A DNA stretch of 64,000 bases, taken from NCBI GenBank assembly GCA_021155915.1, contig JAJNBE010000029.1, positions 4,376 through 68,375 on the forward strand, given 5' to 3'. The notes under the pieces are model-generated. The model was not told where the DNA came from. It saw nothing but the letters and a program-made list of their open reading frames with translations, and made no database searches. The stretch is from Solimicrobium sp. (GTDB taxonomy: Bacteria; Pseudomonadota; Gammaproteobacteria; Burkholderiales; Burkholderiaceae_D). The translations under genes were made by a program, and so were the position numbers. Shown here piece by piece: positions 61,350 through 64,000 of this stretch (positions are counted from its first letter, which is position 1; each line of letters starts with the position of its first letter).

Positions 61350-62492
61350 TTGAGACCCAATATCGCACTAGTTGCTGGCGAAAGTTCAGGCGATCTGTTG
61401 GGGAGCCGTTTATTATCCGGGTTACGTCGACAGCTACCGGATGCGAATATGCATGGTATCGGTGGCAAGCACATGGCTGAATACGGTTTTGTTTCTGATT
61501 ATCCGATGGAAACACTTTCCGTACGTGGTTTGTTCGAAGTACTCATGCATTACCGCGAAATAAGCGCAGTTCAAAAGCAGTTGAGCAATCAGCTCATACT
61601 GGAACGCCCTGATATCTTTATCGGCGTTGACGCGCCGGATTTTAATTTTACAGTCGAGCGACGATTAAAAGAAGCGGGAATCCCTACAGTACATTTTATT
61701 GGTCCATCTATTTGGGCATGGCGCGGTAACCGGATAAAAAAAATTGCTAAATCGGTGTCCCATATGCTGGTGATTTTCCCATTTGAAACCGCGATTTACC
61801 AGGCCGCAAATATATCCGTCACTTACGTGGGCCATCCGCTAGCCGAAGTATTACCACTTGAGCCGGATATGTTGGCCGCACGTAAGGAGCTCGGTTTGTC
61901 ACCTGCTGTTACAGTAGTGACAATTATGCCTGGTAGCCGTTTATCCGAACTTAATTTTCATACTGCTGCATTTGTGGGCGCTGTAAAATTGCTTTCTCAA
62001 CGGGATCCAACTATACAGTTTGTGATCCCCATGGTCGGAGAAAAACAGCGTAATGTCTATATGCAGCAAGTAATTCTAAATAAATTACTGGACGTGCCCG
62101 TATTAGTTGTTGAGGGATGCTCCCATACTGCTATCACCGCTGCTAATTGTGTACTGGTTGCGGCGGGAACGGCAACATTGGAAGTAGCTTTGTTGAAAAA
62201 ACCAATGGTAATTGCGTATAAGCAAACATGGGCGACTCACCAAATAATGCGTCATATGGCTTATCAACCATGGATAGGGTTACCGAATATTCTAGCGCGA
62301 GAATTTTTAGTTCCGGAATTTTTACAAGATGCAGCGACGCCTTTAGCGTTGGCGGATGCAATATGGGCCCAATTGCATGACGATAAGTTGGTTGAGCGAT
62401 TGAAACAACGCTTTTTAGAAATGCACCATAGCTTGCTACGTGACAGTGCGCGCGAGAGTGCTCAAGCTATTTTACAAATCATTAAAAAATAA
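61350..62492 (+). CDS. lpxB: Lipid-A-disaccharide synthase
   Basis: AGESSGDLLG, DAPDFN, PSIWAWR, PGSR. Confidence 0.97.
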   Translation: MRPNIALVAGESSGDLLGSRLLSGLRRQLPDANMHGIGGKHMAEYGFVSDYPMETLSVRGLFEVLMHYREISAVQKQLSNQLILERPDIFIGVDAPDFNFTVERRLKEAGIPTVHFIGPSIWAWRGNRIKKIAKSVSHMLVIFPFETAIYQAANISVTYVGHPLAEVLPLEPDMLAARKELGLSPAVTVVTIMPGSRLSELNFHTAAFVGAVKLLSQRDPTIQFVIPMVGEKQRNVYMQQVILNKLLDVPVLVVEGCSHTAITAANCVLVAAGTATLEVALLKKPMVIAYKQTWATHQIMRHMAYQPWIGLPNILAREFLVPEFLQDAATPLALADAIWAQLHDDKLVERLKQRFLEMHHSLLRDSARESAQAILQIIKK

Positions 62493-62493
62493 A

Positions 62494-63273
62494 ATGTTTA
62501 TAGATTCTCATTGTCATCTTGATTTTCCTGAATTATCAGCTAGATTGCCAGAGATTTTGGCGACGATGGAAGCTAATAAGGTGGGTCGTGCGTTATGTGT
62601 TGCGGTTAATTTACCTGATTTTCCACGGGTACGGGCATTGGCAGAGATTTACCCTCATTTATATGCATCGGTTGGGGTACATCCAGACTATGAGGAAACG
62701 CCAGAACCTACGGTGGAGCAACTAATCAGCTTAGCGAATCATCCAAAAGTCATCGCAATTGGGGAAACAGGACTGGATTATTTTCGATTAACTGGTGATC
62801 TGGAATGGCAGCGCAACCGTTTTCGTACGCATATCGAAGCATCCCGAAGGACCAAAAAACCCCTCATCATTCATACTCGCTCAGCGTCGGAGGACACCAT
62901 TAAAATCATGCGTGATTCTGGTGCGGGAATTGAGCATGGTGGCGTTGGTGGCGTAATGCATTGCTTTACTGAAACGCTGGAAGTAGCCATGGCGGCTATT
63001 GATATGGGATTTTATATTTCATTCTCTGGTATTTTGACGTTCAAAAGCGCTAAACAAATTCAGGAAGTAGCAAAAGTAGTGCCGCTGGAAAGGATTTTGA
63101 TTGAGACCGATTCACCTTATCTGGCACCCGTACCGCATCGCGGTAAAATGAATGAACCGGGCTGGGTAAAACATATAGCGGAGTATTTAGCTGATCTTAA
63201 ACAAATTCCGCTGGTACAAATAGAGCAACAAACTACACAGAATTTTTTTGACCTTTTTAAGATTGCTTCTTAG
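62494..63273 (+). CDS. TatD-family hydrolase (YcfH-like)
   Basis: FIDSHCHL, GETGLDY, HTR, HCF, ETDSPYLAP; ATG 1 nt after the lpxB stop. Confidence 0.95.
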   Translation: MFIDSHCHLDFPELSARLPEILATMEANKVGRALCVAVNLPDFPRVRALAEIYPHLYASVGVHPDYEETPEPTVEQLISLANHPKVIAIGETGLDYFRLTGDLEWQRNRFRTHIEASRRTKKPLIIHTRSASEDTIKIMRDSGAGIEHGGVGGVMHCFTETLEVAMAAIDMGFYISFSGILTFKSAKQIQEVAKVVPLERILIETDSPYLAPVPHRGKMNEPGWVKHIAEYLADLKQIPLVQIEQQTTQNFFDLFKIAS

Positions 63274-63550
63274 AGACTTCGGATACTTGCTGCACGAGTC
63301 AACTATAGCTCCGCGCGGATAGTGTCGCGCGGATAGTGTCGCGCGGATAGTGTCGCACGGATAGTGTCGCACGGATAGTGTCGCGCGGATAGTGTCGCAC
63401 GGATAGTGTCGCACGGATAGTGTCGCACGGATAGTGTCGCACGGAAAGCACCGCGTGGTGCGGCAATACTCATATACTCGAGTACATACCGGTTGCTGCG
63501 CTACGTGAGCCTTGTCCCTAGCTCGCTCCCTAAGGTCGTGTAGCGGTCTC
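63273..63550 (+). mobile_element. MITE-like family A copy expanded by an internal tandem repeat
   Basis: Left end gagacttc, core actcgagtacataccggttgctgcg, right end gcggtctc; tctta at 63268-63272 and 63549-63553. Confidence 0.75.
63305..63458 (+). repeat. 14-bp tandem repeat ATAGTGTCGC(A/G)CGG: 9 near-perfect units (63319-63444) plus 2 degenerate flanking units
   Basis: Direct reading of the sequence; no spacers. Confidence 0.97.
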
Positions 63551-63591
63551 TTAACGGAAATTAGTGGTCAGAAATTAAACGGAGAGGATTC

Positions 63592-64000
63592 ATGTTTAGG
63601 CACGTGCAACCATACGCAGGAGATTCCATTTTGTCCCTGAATGAAACATTTGGAAAGGATCCTCGCGCAAACAAAATTAATCTTTCTATCGGTATCTATT
63701 TTGGCGATGATGGAAAAATTCCGATGTTACCGTCCGTGCGCGCTGCAGAATTACAAGTAGTAGCAGAAGCGGGTGCACGTCCTTATTTGCCGATGGAAGG
63801 CGCGGCAAATTTTCGTACAGCTGTTCAGCATTTATTATTTGGTGCTGATAACGCGGCCTTACAGGCTGGGCGAGTGGTGACAATTCAGACGGTAGGTTCT
63901 AGTGGTGGTTTAAAGGTGGGAGCTGATTTTATTAAGCACTACTTTCCCTCAAGTACTGTTTTGCTGAGTGACCCAACATGGGATAATCACCGTGCCGTAT
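63592..64000 (+). CDS. Aromatic amino acid/aspartate aminotransferase (TyrB/AspC family), partial
   Basis: MFRHVQPYAGDSILSL...KINLSIGIY...QTVGSSGGLKVGADF...SDPTWDNH; runs off the right edge. Confidence 0.95.
   Translation, partial: MFRHVQPYAGDSILSLNETFGKDPRANKINLSIGIYFGDDGKIPMLPSVRAAELQVVAEAGARPYLPMEGAANFRTAVQHLLFGADNAALQAGRVVTIQTVGSSGGLKVGADFIKHYFPSSTVLLSDPTWDNHRAV

Noticed and set aside
9988-62493. Longer ORF-track starts for paralogue 7 (10086), tsf (48402), frr (50911), lpxA (60468) and TatD (62440)
   Set aside because: The extensions overlap promoters or upstream genes; downstream ATGs fit homologue alignment and/or RBS position better.
63305-63458. CRISPR array
   Set aside because: The units are contiguous 14-mers with no unique spacers, there are no cas genes, and the array derives from a MITE segment. 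The ORF 63187..63414 is a by-product of the repeat.

Overview
This is a betaproteobacterial chromosome segment (Burkholderiales; gene content and order resemble Oxalobacteraceae, by my recognition only), probably from a host-associated species. The right third is conserved core: glnD-map, rpsB-tsf-pyrH-frr-uppS-cdsA-dxr-rseP-bamA-skp-lpxD-fabZ-lpxA-lpxB, then a TatD-family gene and a partial aminotransferase. The middle holds housekeeping genes (rlmD, YccA, PPIase, bolA, yciB, msrB, selO) plus a QseBC-like pair. The left ~19 kb and 37.3-41.4 kb are candidate host-effector loci. (1) A tandem array of at least 7 paralogues has a conserved ~144-aa N-domain, a variable pentapeptide-repeat beta-helix and a conserved ~70-aa C-domain. 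The four countable copies have 30, 34, 78 and 102 pentapeptides, all 2 mod 4, so length appears to change only in whole coils. Five copies share a promoter with a palindromic TTGTGGATATCCACAA-type site exactly 23 nt from a GATAAT -10 element, and the motif is decayed in front of the two dead copies. (2) A candidate CE-clan (deubiquitinase-like) protease is divergently paired with a GALA-like F-box/LRR protein, and two inverted Sel1 paralogues flank the pair. (3) An IpaH-like LRR gene and a large Sel1 gene may be one gene split at a C7 tract. Two non-autonomous MITE-like families with 5-bp target duplications are scattered through the window, one with a demonstrable empty site. No rRNA, tRNA, CRISPR array, transposase or secretion apparatus was seen. 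All family assignments are by motif recognition, without database searches.
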